Shown piece by piece: positions 1 through 9,103 of a stretch of DNA of 64,000 nt; the first letter of the stretch is position 1; each line of letters begins with the position of its first letter. The position numbers were made by a program, and so were the translations under genes. The DNA comes from Planctomycetota bacterium. GTDB lineage: Bacteria > Planctomycetota > OFTM77. The stretch is taken from NCBI GenBank assembly GCA_029260795.1, contig JAJDCO010000094.1, forward strand, positions 161,193-225,192, read 5' to 3'. Below the pieces are notes generated by a model that was not told the DNA's origin, made no database searches, and saw only the letters and a list, made by a program, of their open reading frames with translations.

Positions 1-832
1 GTGGATTGTCGAGCAACGCGATGGAGCCGGATTCCGGGGCGAGGGCACCGATCATGGCGAAGCGGAGCGCGAGCACCGCTCCGAGCGTCACCATCAGCAA
101 GGCATAGGACGTCCAACGCTCCCGCAGGCGTTGCCATCCGCCTCGGAGGGATTGCGACTCGATCCCGCCCCGCAGGAAGTCGGCCGCGATCAGCACGAAG
201 GGAAGGGTCGCGGCCATCTCCTTGCCAAGCATGCCGATCGCGAAGCAACCCGCGGCCCCGAGCTCGCGCACGCGACGCGCACGTCCCGTCATGGCCGCGC
301 CTCGATCGTGAAGCAGCCAAGCCCCGAGAAAGCCGAGCGCCGCAAGGAGATCGGCCCGTCCCGAGATATAGGTCACGGCTTCGGTGTGCACGGGATGCAC
401 GGCGAACAGGGCCGCCGCGAAGAAGGCCGGAGGGCCTCGGAGATCCGGGCGCAGGAACGCGTAGAGCAGCAGCGTGATCAGCACGTGCAGCACGATGTTG
501 ACCGCGCGGTAGCCCTCGACCTCCAGCCCTCCCACCGCGTGGTTCCAGGCGTAGGTCAGCACGGTCAATGGGCGGTACAGTGCCTGCCGCTCGCTGCTCT
601 CGGGGTCGAAACCGGCCCAATACCCGGAGGTCAGAATGTCGCCGGTTCGGTTCTCGGTGACGAATCGATTGCGGCTGATGATGGGAACATCATCGAGCAC
701 AAAGGGCGCACTCAGAGCTGCCAGATAGGGGCCGGCGGCGAGCCCGATCAAGATGAGGATGGCCGGCCAAGCGCTCTCGGCCCACCGGCGACCGACCTCG
801 GTCATCGGCGGCTGCCTCGCGGACTGGGGCAT
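1..832 (-). CDS. Partial CDS (N-terminal ~277 codons; 3' end beyond window start): multi-pass membrane protein resembling GT39/PMT_2-type (TMTC-like, DUF1736) glycosyltransferases
   Basis: ATG at 832 on minus strand, frame open to the window edge (absent from ORF track because no stop falls in the window). Hydrophobic helices and motif YRPLTVLTYAWNHAVGG...NIVLHVLITLLLYAF. Starts 7 nt downstream of the xseB stop. Confidence 0.55.
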   Translation of the reverse strand, partial: MPQSARQPPMTEVGRRWAESAWPAILILIGLAAGPYLAALSAPFVLDDVPIISRNRFVTENRTGDILTSGYWAGFDPESSERQALYRPLTVLTYAWNHAVGGLEVEGYRAVNIVLHVLITLLLYAFLRPDLRGPPAFFAAALFAVHPVHTEAVTYISGRADLLAALGFLGAWLLHDRGAAMTGRARRVRELGAAGCFAIGMLGKEMAATLPFVLIAADFLRGGIESQSLRGGWQRLRERWTSYALLMVTLGAVLALRFAMIGALAPESGSIALLDNP

Positions 833-838
833 CGAGGA

Positions 839-1147
839 TCAGAAGAGCTGGGCATCTTCCTCTTGCCCTTCGGAGTCGGACGGATCGGCGTCCTCTGGGG
901 ATTTCGACTCGCCGACCTCCGGATCCTCGTCGTTCGGATCGGCGACCAGCACCTCCACTCGATGCTCCACCTCCCTCAAGATGCGGTGACATTGGCGCAA
1001 GGACTCGACGCCGAGCTGGTAGCGCTCGAGGGAGTCCTCGAGGGGAAGCTCACCGCTCTCGAGATCGTGAACGATCTGCTCCAGCGTCTCGAGGTGCTCC
1101 TCGAACCGCTTGTCGCGAGACTTCTTCTGGGTCGGGGACGGGCTCAT
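839..1147 (-). CDS. xseB: Exodeoxyribonuclease VII small subunit
   Basis: Translation MSPSPTQKKSRDKRFEEHLETLEQIVHDLESGELPLEDSLERYQLGVESLRQCHRILREVEHRVEVL is a typical XseB. Start taken at the internal ATG (1147), which overlaps the xseA stop as ATGA. Confidence 0.88.
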   Translation of the reverse strand: MSPSPTQKKSRDKRFEEHLETLEQIVHDLESGELPLEDSLERYQLGVESLRQCHRILREVEHRVEVLVADPNDEDPEVGESKSPEDADPSDSEGQEEDAQLF

Positions 1148-2574
1148 GACGATCCTTCCTCGGGCGGCTCTGCAGGTGGATGATTTGACTCGCCCCTCTC
1201 GTCGGGCGGCTCCGTGCTCTCGACGCGGCAACGCAAGCTTCCGTCTCCGAGGCGAGTCACGACCTGATCACCCGGCGTGACCTCGTCGAAACGTCGCACG
1301 GCGCGCCCCTGCGCGTCCAGTGTGATCGAGTAGCCTCGAGACAGCACCGCGAGTGGACTCAGCGCATTCAAGGTTCCGACCGCCGCACGCACTCGAGCCC
1401 GCTCGGTATCCAGGCGCCGCTGCATGGCGTGACGAAGCAGATCCTCGCGCCCGGCGAGGTGACGACGCTCTTCGATCACGAGCCGATGCAAGCGCTCGAG
1501 GGACAGAACGCGCGCATGTCCGTCGACGCGCGAGCGAGCCAGAGCGAGGCGTTGTGCGATGGCTCGCGACATTCCGGACTGCAGCTCGTCGAGACGCTGC
1601 TGAGCCCGTCGCACGCGATCGAACGGATCGCGCATCACCCGTGCCTCCTTGAGGCGAACGAGCCGGTCGCGCGCCCCGGCGAGGTGCTGCTCGATGCGCT
1701 GCTGCAGGCGACGGCGCGTGATGGCCAATCGCTCTTCGAGATCGGCGAGCTCGGGCACCACGAGCTCGGCGGCGGCCGACGGCGTCGGAGCGCGCAGATC
1801 GGCCACCAGGTCGGATATCGTCGTATCGATCTCGTGCCCGACGGCGGAGATGATCGGAATCTCGGCCGTGTGGATCGCGCGCACCACGACCTCTTCATTG
1901 AAGGCCCAGAGATCCTCGAGCGAGCCTCCGCCCCGTCCGACGATCAAGACGTCGGGACGCGGTCGCAGGCGATGAAGACGAGCGATGCCCGCCGCGATCT
2001 CGGCCGCGGCTCGGTCGCCCTGCACGCGGGCGGGAGCCAGCACGATCTCGACACGATGGAATCGGCGGCGGATCACCTTGAGGATGTCCTCGATCGCGGC
2101 TCCGGTCGCGGACGTCACGATACCGATCCGGGCCGGAAGCCGCGGGATCGGCTTGCGGTGGGCCGGATCGAAGAGTCCTTCACGCTCGAGGCGTTCTCGG
2201 AGCTGGCGAAAGGCGAGCTCGAGTGCGCCGACGCCGCGAGGCTCGAGGCGATCGATCACGAGCTGGTAGCTGCCGCGTGGCTCGTAGACGGTGAGCTGTC
2301 CTTCGGCGACGACCTCGAGGCCGTCGCGGGGCTCGAAGCGGATGCCCCGACGTCGAGAACGCCAGACCACGGCCGCCAGCTGAGCGCCGTCGTCCTTGAG
2401 GGTGAGGTACAGATGTCCGGACGCCGGCTGGCGAAGCCCGGAGATCTCACCCACCACGTGCACGCGATCGAAGCGGGTCTCGAGCTCCCCGCGAATCCGA
2501 CGCGTCAGCTCGGTGACCGTGAGCAGAGCGGGCTCCGGCAGCGCGCTCTCCCGGGTATGCGATGGTTGCGCCAT
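1144..2574 (-). CDS. xseA: Exodeoxyribonuclease VII large subunit
   Basis: 476 aa ORF with N-terminal OB-fold-like region and conserved core (IGIVTSATGAAIEDILKVIRRRF...LIVGRGGGSLEDLWAFNEE...). 4-nt overlap with xseB. Confidence 0.92.
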   Translation of the reverse strand: MAQPSHTRESALPEPALLTVTELTRRIRGELETRFDRVHVVGEISGLRQPASGHLYLTLKDDGAQLAAVVWRSRRRGIRFEPRDGLEVVAEGQLTVYEPRGSYQLVIDRLEPRGVGALELAFRQLRERLEREGLFDPAHRKPIPRLPARIGIVTSATGAAIEDILKVIRRRFHRVEIVLAPARVQGDRAAAEIAAGIARLHRLRPRPDVLIVGRGGGSLEDLWAFNEEVVVRAIHTAEIPIISAVGHEIDTTISDLVADLRAPTPSAAAELVVPELADLEERLAITRRRLQQRIEQHLAGARDRLVRLKEARVMRDPFDRVRRAQQRLDELQSGMSRAIAQRLALARSRVDGHARVLSLERLHRLVIEERRHLAGREDLLRHAMQRRLDTERARVRAAVGTLNALSPLAVLSRGYSITLDAQGRAVRRFDEVTPGDQVVTRLGDGSLRCRVESTEPPDERGESNHPPAEPPEEGSS

Positions 2575-2625
2575 GAGCTCAGCGAAAGCGGGCCGACGAG
2601 GGCCCGGGCCTCTCCTCGACCCGAT

Positions 2626-3429
2626 TCACGTGACCGGGACGTCCTCGAGTCGAATCATCACGCGCTCGACCTCGACGGTCTTTCCCGTCTCCGTATCGAT
2701 CGTGAAGCTCGAGCCGCAAATGCGCACGTCCTTCTCCGCCACGTCGAAAGGCGCATGCATCTGGGTGACGAACTTGTGGAGCACGGGCTTGATCTTGCGG
2801 CCCAAGATCGAATCGTGCGGTCCCGTCATGCCGACGTCCGTGATGTATCCGGTGCCCCCCCTGAAGATCTGCTCGTCCGCCGTCTGCACGTGAGTGTGCG
2901 TCCCGAACACGGCGCTCACGCGACCGTCGAGATAGTGCCCGAGCGCCAGCTTCTCGCTGGTCGCCTCGGCGTGGAAGTCGACGATGATCACGTTCGTCTT
3001 GCGGCGCATCTCCTCGACAGCCTTGTCGGCTGCTGCGAACGGGCAGTCGACCGGCTGCATGAAGACCCGGCCCAACAAGTTCAAGACACCGACTTGGATT
3101 CCGAGATCGGTGTTGACGATCGCCCAGCCACGCCCGACGGCCGCAGCCGAGTAGTTGGCGGGCCGAATCAGACGTTCCTCTCGCTCGAGCAACGGGATCA
3201 CCTCGGCCTTGCGCCAGGTGTGGTCGCCCAAGGTGATGAAGTCGACGCCCGCTTCTCGAATCTGCTCCCAGCAGCGCTTGGTGAGACCGGAGCCGCCCGC
3301 GGCATTCTCGGCGTTCGCGATGCAGAAGTGGATCCCGTTCTCTTGGAGATAGCGAGGCAGACACTCCCGGAGGATTCTCCGTCCGGGGCTCCCGACGATA
3401 TCCCCCATGACCAGGACCTTCAAGCGCAT
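2626..3429 (-). CDS. ymdB: YmdB-like metallophosphoesterase (TIGR00282-type 2',3'-cyclic-nucleotide phosphodiesterase family)
   Basis: Start set at internal ATG (3429) giving MRLKVLVMGDIVGSPGRRIL...; GDHTW and metal-binding His/Asp motifs. The ORF-track start at 3774 adds 115 low-complexity residues and is probably a high-GC artefact. Confidence 0.85.
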   Translation of the reverse strand: MRLKVLVMGDIVGSPGRRILRECLPRYLQENGIHFCIANAENAAGGSGLTKRCWEQIREAGVDFITLGDHTWRKAEVIPLLEREERLIRPANYSAAAVGRGWAIVNTDLGIQVGVLNLLGRVFMQPVDCPFAAADKAVEEMRRKTNVIIVDFHAEATSEKLALGHYLDGRVSAVFGTHTHVQTADEQIFRGGTGYITDVGMTGPHDSILGRKIKPVLHKFVTQMHAPFDVAEKDVRICGSSFTIDTETGKTVEVERVMIRLEDVPVT

Positions 3430-3598
3430 CGTGCTCTCCCGTGGGCTTCGACGGGAACCGGCCCCCCTCACGATGGGCTGCGGAACGTCGAAAAAATCAT
3501 TATAGGCACGGCTCCAGAGGCCACCCAGTGGATTCTCTCCCGAGGCGGCGGACGCGGGCGTATCCTCACCGGTTGCCCCACTCTCTTCTCGAGGAACG

Positions 3599-4186
3599 AT
3601 GCTCGACACGATTCGGAAGATCCTCGCGGGTGCCATGCTCATCGGTGTGCCGCCCGCGCTCGCGTACTGGCTAGTCCTCCATCCTTGGGCGAGCTTCTGG
3701 AGGCGGCGGCGTCCGGCCTGGGCCATCGGCACGGCCAGCGCCTCGATGTTGATCGTCGCCACGCCACTGGCCATCCTCGCCCCGGCTTGGCTGGCGCACG
3801 ATCTCGGAAGTCAGCCGCTGCTTTGGGTGCTCGCCACGCCGCTGATGATCGCTTCGGCATGGTTGGACGTCCGGTGCCGTCGTCAGCTCAGCTTGGGGAT
3901 CTTGGCCGGAGTGGCGGAAGTCACCGAAGCGGAGGATCGGCCCCGCCTACTCACCCAAGGCGCGTTCGCACGGATCCGACACCCACGCTATGCCGCGGCA
4001 CTTCTCGGTCTGACGGCGACCGCACTGTTCGCGAACCATATCGCCAGCTGGATCGTCTGGGGACTGTCGCTGCCGGGCCTCTGGCTGATCATCGCTCTCG
4101 AGGAGCACGAGCTCGTCCAGCGCTTCGGTGCGGAGTACGAGCGTTATCGAGAACGAGTTCCGGCTTTGATCCCGCGCCGGCGTTGA
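3599..4186 (+). CDS. Isoprenylcysteine carboxyl methyltransferase / phospholipid methyltransferase family membrane protein
   Basis: 195 aa, multiple TM helices, C-terminal motif RIRHPRYAAALLG...EEHELVQRFGAEYERYRERVPALIP typical of ICMT/PEMT-family enzymes. Confidence 0.78.
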   Translation: MLDTIRKILAGAMLIGVPPALAYWLVLHPWASFWRRRRPAWAIGTASASMLIVATPLAILAPAWLAHDLGSQPLLWVLATPLMIASAWLDVRCRRQLSLGILAGVAEVTEAEDRPRLLTQGAFARIRHPRYAAALLGLTATALFANHIASWIVWGLSLPGLWLIIALEEHELVQRFGAEYERYRERVPALIPRRR

Positions 4187-4213
4187 GACGCCGACGCGCG
4201 TAGAGACCTTCTC

Positions 4214-5776
4214 TTACTTCGCATACTCGATAACGCGGGACTCTCGCATCAATGTCACTTTGATCTCGCCCGGATAGGTGAGCTCCTGCTCGATCTGGGT
4301 CGCGATCTCGCGAGCGATCTTGGTGGCGAGCCCGTCGTCGACCTTGCCGGCATCGACCACGACGCGGATCTCGCGGCCGGCCTGGACAGCGAAGGCGGAC
4401 TCCACGCCCTGATAGGAGCGAGCCAGATCCTCGAGCCGATTGAGCCGCTTGATGTACCGCTCGATGGTCTCACGTCTCGCACCTGGCCGCGCTGCCGAGA
4501 TGGCATCGGCGGTCTGAGCGATCACGGCATAGATCGATTCGAACGGCACGTCCTCGTGATGGGCGGCGATCGCGTTCACGACCTCGGGTGGCTCGCTGGA
4601 GCGGCGAGCCACCTCGGCACCGATGGCGGGATGCCCGCCCTCCATCTCGTGATCGAGAGACTTCCCGATGTCGTGGAGCAAGCCGCAGCGCTTGGCGAGC
4701 TGCGTGTCGAGGTGCAGCTCGGCGGCGATCCCCGAGGCGATGTAGGCGACCTCGATCGCATGGAAGAGCTGGTTCTGCCCATAGCTGGTTCGGTACTTGA
4801 GCCGGCCGACGAGCTTCTGGACGCGCGGGTGCACATCGGGAAGCTCGAGGTCGTAGCAGGTCTTCTTGCCGACCTCGGCAATCTCCTGCTCGAGCTCGTC
4901 GTGCACGCCCGCGACCACTTCCTCGATGCGTGCCGGTTGGATTCGCCCGTCCTGAACCAGGAGCTCGAGAGCCCGGCGCGCCACCTCCCGACGAACGTTG
5001 TCAAAGCACGAGACCACGACCACTCCGGGCGTATCGTCGACGATCACGTCGACGCCGGTCGCTTTCTCGAAGGCGCGGATGTTGCGGCCCTCGCGACCGA
5101 TGATACGGCCCTTCATCTCGTCGCTCGGAATGTCGACCGTCGAGACGACGGTGTCGGACGTGTACTGGACGGCGCAACGCTGAATCGCCACTCCGATGAT
5201 CTTCTGTGCGATGCGGTCGGTCTCCTCCTTGAGGCGAGTCCGGTGCTTCTCGATGAGGCGGTCCGCGTCGTCTCCCAGCGATTGTTCGAGCTGCTCGAGG
5301 AGCTGCTGGCGAGCCTCATCGCGAGAGAAGCCGGCGATCTCCTCCAGCCGACGCTCACGCTCGGTGACGAGCCGCTGGAGCTCTTGCTCCCGCTCGACGC
5401 TCTCGAGGCGCTTTTGCTCGAGATCCCCCGTTCGGCGCTCGAGATCCAACTCTCGGCGCTCCAGGGTGTGTGCCTTCTTCTCTTGCTGCTCTTCTCGACG
5501 ATTCAGCCGACGCTCGGCCTCGCGCTGCTCGCGCAAGCGCTCCTGCTTCTCGGACTCGAGGACCTCGCGCATCTTGATCTGCTCTTCGCGAGCGGCCAGC
5601 TCGCCTTCGCGACGGAGCGCGGCTCCCTCGTGTCGAGCCTCTTCCATCATCTGACGAACTCGCTTGCGGGCCTGCTGGTGAGCCCGTGCGAGTATGACGC
5701 GGCTCAACCCCATCCCCACGACGACCGCGGCCAGGATCGCGATCCAGAAGAGGGGCTCGCTCAAGATCTCAGACAC
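4214..5776 (-). CDS. rny: Ribonuclease Y
   Basis: 520 aa: N-terminal TM helix, long coiled-coil, KH domain (GRIIGREGRNIRAFE) and HD domain (HDIGK...HHED). GTG start at 5776. Confidence 0.93.
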   Translation of the reverse strand: MSEILSEPLFWIAILAAVVVGMGLSRVILARAHQQARKRVRQMMEEARHEGAALRREGELAAREEQIKMREVLESEKQERLREQREAERRLNRREEQQEKKAHTLERRELDLERRTGDLEQKRLESVEREQELQRLVTERERRLEEIAGFSRDEARQQLLEQLEQSLGDDADRLIEKHRTRLKEETDRIAQKIIGVAIQRCAVQYTSDTVVSTVDIPSDEMKGRIIGREGRNIRAFEKATGVDVIVDDTPGVVVVSCFDNVRREVARRALELLVQDGRIQPARIEEVVAGVHDELEQEIAEVGKKTCYDLELPDVHPRVQKLVGRLKYRTSYGQNQLFHAIEVAYIASGIAAELHLDTQLAKRCGLLHDIGKSLDHEMEGGHPAIGAEVARRSSEPPEVVNAIAAHHEDVPFESIYAVIAQTADAISAARPGARRETIERYIKRLNRLEDLARSYQGVESAFAVQAGREIRVVVDAGKVDDGLATKIAREIATQIEQELTYPGEIKVTLMRESRVIEYAK

Positions 5777-6194
5777 GTCCCAGTTCTCCAGTCCAGCACC
5801 GGTCGCTCTCAGAAAGGAGATCGCCGGTTATGTCATGCTCTCGACGTCAGCGTCGCTGGAGGAGTGCGGGTCGGTCGTGCGATGAAGTGAGCGCAGGGAA
5901 GCGCCGGCAACGAAGATGCCGGCTCCACCCTCGGACGGTAGGCCGAGCCTCGACTCTCGGTCGAAGCATGCTCTCGGCGGCGAACTCGACTTGGTTCATC
6001 CGAGAGCCCCTTGAAGGCGTCCGTGACTCGCAGCCATCGCTACCGTCTATCGCTTCCGCGGACGGTGATCACCGTCCCGGTTCGGAGCCGTATCCGCAAG
6101 AAGGTGCCGTTGGCGCCTTCCGATCCCCCTGCAACATCCCCGCCGAGAGTGCTCGGTCAGCTCTCCTCGATTAGGAACGTTCGGATTATAGGCA

Positions 6195-6222
6195 GGGGCG
6201 AGTTCGACGTCAAGAAATGCAA
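6195..6222 (-). promoter_or_regulatory. Sigma70-like promoter candidate (TTGACG - 16 nt - TATAAT read on minus strand)
   Basis: Minus-strand -35 TTGACG (6222-6217) and perfect -10 TATAAT (6200-6195) in an AT-richer island; would direct transcription toward rny (start 5776), implying a ~0.4 kb leader or an independent small transcript. Confidence 0.3.
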
Positions 6223-6255
6223 GTGCCGCAGGTGTTTGGGACGACCATGCCGTCG

Positions 6256-7788
6256 TCAACCGCGATCTTCGACGGGAGGTTCCAGCACTTGGAGCCACTC
6301 GACCTCGAGCGCTCGCCAGCGCACTTCGTCGATGTCGGACACGATCAATCGGAACCCGGTCGGTGTGATCGTCTGGGGAGACCCGTTCGTCGGAAGAATG
6401 CGTCCCTCGTAGAGATCGAGCTGGACCATGCGCTGCCCCGCGAGCAGGGTCACCACGCAGCGACGGGCCTCGAGACGCTGGAGTATCGACTCTTTGGCAT
6501 CTCGGCGGATGAGCTCGACATCGCCGAGCTCGCCGGCTCCCACGGTCCCGACGCTCGCGAACTGATAGTGCGCGCGCTCTCCCGAGCCGAGGAGCCATTT
6601 GTTGATCTGTGTCAGCTCCGAGCCGGCCAGACCGGGAACGATGACGGGAAGAGCCGTGGTGGTGGTCGGCGCGGGCTCGGTGGCCGGTGCGACGGTCACG
6701 TCGTAGCGCGGACCGATCGCGGTCCAAGCAGCCGGAGCAATGTCGACGACGCGAATCCAGTGGAAGGGATCGATCTCCTGACGGAGCCCATCCTCGACGA
6801 CGGTGCCCTCTTCGAAGCGGAAGTCGGCGATCTTCTCATCGACGTCGATCGTGAGGTGACAGCGACGAGCGACGACCGATCCGATCGGGAGACCGCGCCG
6901 ATTCACGACGCTGGCCGAGACGTTGGCCAGGACTCCAGGCTCGACCGACTCGACCTCCAGGAATCGAAAGAGCGCGCCCGAGTCCTCGAGCAAACGGTTG
7001 AGGTTTCGGCGAGCCTGCTCGGCTGGCTGAGATTCTCCCGTCGCGGCGGGCTTCTTGCCGGGACCGTTCAGGAGATCCTGAGTCGCAGCGGCCTGGAGCT
7101 CGGGCGGCAGCCGACCGATCAATCCCTGCAAGGCCTCCGACTGGAGAGCCTCGGCCGAGAGCCCGTCTCCACCGACGACCCGAGTGCCCGGCTCCAGTCC
7201 TGCGCTCGGCGCTGCCGAGACCGAGTCTCCAATCTCGCTCGCGGCATCGCCCTCCACTGCGGGCGAGGTGAGGGTCGTCGCGGCGTCGGTGGGCGGCTCG
7301 GTGGAGGTCGGGGCATCCCGGGTCGCCGCCAAGTTCGATTGCGCGAGCTTGGCTTGAAGACGCCGAAGCTGCGAGCGCGTCTCCTCGTGGCGAACTTGTC
7401 TTTTGGAGAGAGCGTCTTCCAGGCGCGTCACCTGCTCACGGGCCTCGGACTCCCGCTCGAGCGTCTGATCGAGCTCGAGCTGAAATCGGGCGAGCTGCCG
7501 ATGCACCTCACCCTGAGCGATCAGGATCTTCTGAAAGCGATCGTCGTTTCGCAGCTCGCCTTCTTCGAGGTAGCTGGACGCGACGAGACTCAAGCGCTGC
7601 AGCTCGGTGCGGGCGATCCAGGGCAATGCGACCGCGACCACCAATGCCGTCACACACCAAGCCACGGCCACGATCCAGCCGGCCGAGCGAGCCCGTTCGG
7701 ACGCGGCTCGGTCCTTCGCCTCATTCGTCACGGTCGACCTCTCTGGCGGAATCTCCGCCATCGCCGGGTTCGTCGTCGAGCTCATCAC
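6256..7788 (-). CDS. Hypothetical membrane-anchored protein (N-terminal TM helix, long coiled-coil, Pro/Thr-rich linker, C-terminal globular domain)
   Basis: 510 aa ORF; TM segment WIVAVAWCVTALVVAVALPWIA followed by heptad-like charged region; no family recognised. Start uncertain (7788 or 7761). Confidence 0.55.
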   Translation of the reverse strand: MMSSTTNPAMAEIPPERSTVTNEAKDRAASERARSAGWIVAVAWCVTALVVAVALPWIARTELQRLSLVASSYLEEGELRNDDRFQKILIAQGEVHRQLARFQLELDQTLERESEAREQVTRLEDALSKRQVRHEETRSQLRRLQAKLAQSNLAATRDAPTSTEPPTDAATTLTSPAVEGDAASEIGDSVSAAPSAGLEPGTRVVGGDGLSAEALQSEALQGLIGRLPPELQAAATQDLLNGPGKKPAATGESQPAEQARRNLNRLLEDSGALFRFLEVESVEPGVLANVSASVVNRRGLPIGSVVARRCHLTIDVDEKIADFRFEEGTVVEDGLRQEIDPFHWIRVVDIAPAAWTAIGPRYDVTVAPATEPAPTTTTALPVIVPGLAGSELTQINKWLLGSGERAHYQFASVGTVGAGELGDVELIRRDAKESILQRLEARRCVVTLLAGQRMVQLDLYEGRILPTNGSPQTITPTGFRLIVSDIDEVRWRALEVEWLQVLEPPVEDRG

Positions 7789-8449
7789 CGTAGAAACTGC
7801 TCACGGGCCGCTCGAGGTAGTCCTCGATCTCGCCGCGCGGTAGACGCCTCGCCCCGAGAAGGACTTCCCCGTTTTCGGTCTTCAGAGCGGGGGAAAGCAG
7901 CTCGCGGGTTCGAGAGGGTATTCCCAACATCAAGGCGCGGCTGGAAGACGGAGGCAGCTCGAAGCGTCCGAGGCTGGCGCCGAGCCCATCCAGGATCAAC
8001 CGATCTCGCGGGGCGATCTCGCCGACTCCCTTTCGCAGATCCACGTTGCCGACACGCTCTGAGCCCGAGCCGGTCGTGAGGGTTCCCGGCTGCAGCTCGA
8101 AGACGGTCGGCCTCTCCGCGTCGAAGTTTGCGACGTGGAGGCGCCAGTAGGAATGTGCCTCGCCGTCACCGAGGATTCCGTCGAGCACTCGCTGATCGTA
8201 CGCCGCCGTTTCTCCTCCTCGTCCGCTCGGAATCAACAGGTAGCCGACGGCTCCCTCGAGGTGCGACCAGACGGTCAGCTCCTCTCGATCAGCCGCGGAC
8301 GGATCGGCTGGCGCACTGCCGTCGGAGGTTCGCCCGCTGAAGCAGGGAGCGAGTGCAATGCCACCGACGAGGACGACCAGAGCGAAGGCCGCGTACTGAA
8401 GGCCGATCGCGACCTGTTTTCCCATCGATGAAGACCCTCGGCTGCTCAT
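7721..8449 (-). CDS. Hypothetical secreted protein
   Basis: 242 aa ORF with N-terminal hydrophobic signal-like segment (GLQYAAFALVVLVGGIALAPCFS); no family recognised. Overlaps the start region of the downstream ORF, so boundaries are uncertain. Confidence 0.45.
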   Translation of the reverse strand: MSSRGSSSMGKQVAIGLQYAAFALVVLVGGIALAPCFSGRTSDGSAPADPSAADREELTVWSHLEGAVGYLLIPSGRGGETAAYDQRVLDGILGDGEAHSYWRLHVANFDAERPTVFELQPGTLTTGSGSERVGNVDLRKGVGEIAPRDRLILDGLGASLGRFELPPSSSRALMLGIPSRTRELLSPALKTENGEVLLGARRLPRGEIEDYLERPVSSFYGDELDDEPGDGGDSAREVDRDE

Positions 8450-8464
8450 GGGCTCGACTCTCGC

Positions 8465-9037
8465 TCAATCCTGGACACTCGGCTCGCGGGTCGTGGGCTT
8501 CTCGTCGCCCGCAGCGCCTCGGCGCCGATAGTAGCGATTCAACAGCACGTACGTGACGGGATAGCCGATCAGGGCACCGAGGGTCGCCACCAAGAGGGAG
8601 CCGATCAGAAGCGGCTCGAAGAGCTCCATGCCCAAGTTCCAGAGCTCGCGCAGGCCAGCGATGAATCCCTCACGGCCGAACGACTCCAATCGTACCGCGA
8701 AACTCGAGTATCCGAGCAGCTTCCGTCCGAGGATGAGACTCCCCAGCCAGTAGTAGCCGTAGTACATCGGAATCATCGTCAGCGGATTCGAGATCCAGAC
8801 CCAGGCGCAGGCGACGAACCGGTTCGCCTTGATCAGGGTTCCCAGCAAGAAGACGACGACCATCTGGAAGCCGACAGTCGGCGTCAAGCCCACGAACAGC
8901 CCGAGCGAGACTCCCAAGGAAACGGAGTGCACGGTGGTCTGAAGAGTGAGCATGGGCTGGATGAAGCGGGCGTGAATCCAGCCCATCAGGCGTCCACGCG
9001 GGGTGGGTGATTCGGAATCGGGGAGTTTCGCCATCAC
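8465..9037 (-). CDS. DUF2062-family membrane protein
   Basis: 190 aa; pattern SLGVSLGLFVGLTPTVGFQMVVVFLLGTLIKANRFVACAWVWISNPLTMIPMYY matches my recollection of DUF2062. Confidence 0.65.
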   Translation of the reverse strand: MMAKLPDSESPTPRGRLMGWIHARFIQPMLTLQTTVHSVSLGVSLGLFVGLTPTVGFQMVVVFLLGTLIKANRFVACAWVWISNPLTMIPMYYGYYWLGSLILGRKLLGYSSFAVRLESFGREGFIAGLRELWNLGMELFEPLLIGSLLVATLGALIGYPVTYVLLNRYYRRRGAAGDEKPTTREPSVQD

Positions 9038-9103
9038 TCAGTCGGAAGTCGGGCCCGACACCTCCGAAAGGCAGGGAAGGCACCCCAGAGCTCTGCGAGT
9101 CGA

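Noticed and set aside
131-1183. 350-aa plus-strand ORF at the window start
   Set aside because: Overlaps the minus-strand membrane-protein CDS and xseB, both of which have recognisable family features; translation is low-complexity.
1429-4203. 924-aa plus-strand ORF spanning xseA, the ymdB-like gene and the ICMT gene region
   Set aside because: Arg/Ala/Gly/Pro-rich low-complexity translation antisense to well-supported xseA and ymdB-like genes; typical stop-poor antisense frame of high-GC DNA.
4556-5890. 444-aa plus-strand ORF antisense to rny
   Set aside because: Antisense to a confidently identified RNase Y gene; Leu/Arg-rich composition reflects the complement of rny codons.
6217-8079. 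620-aa plus-strand ORF overlapping two minus-strand hypothetical genes
   Set aside because: Extremely Arg/Gly-rich low-complexity translation; minus-strand ORFs have signal/TM features and operon context. Neither strand has homology support, so this remains a judgment call.
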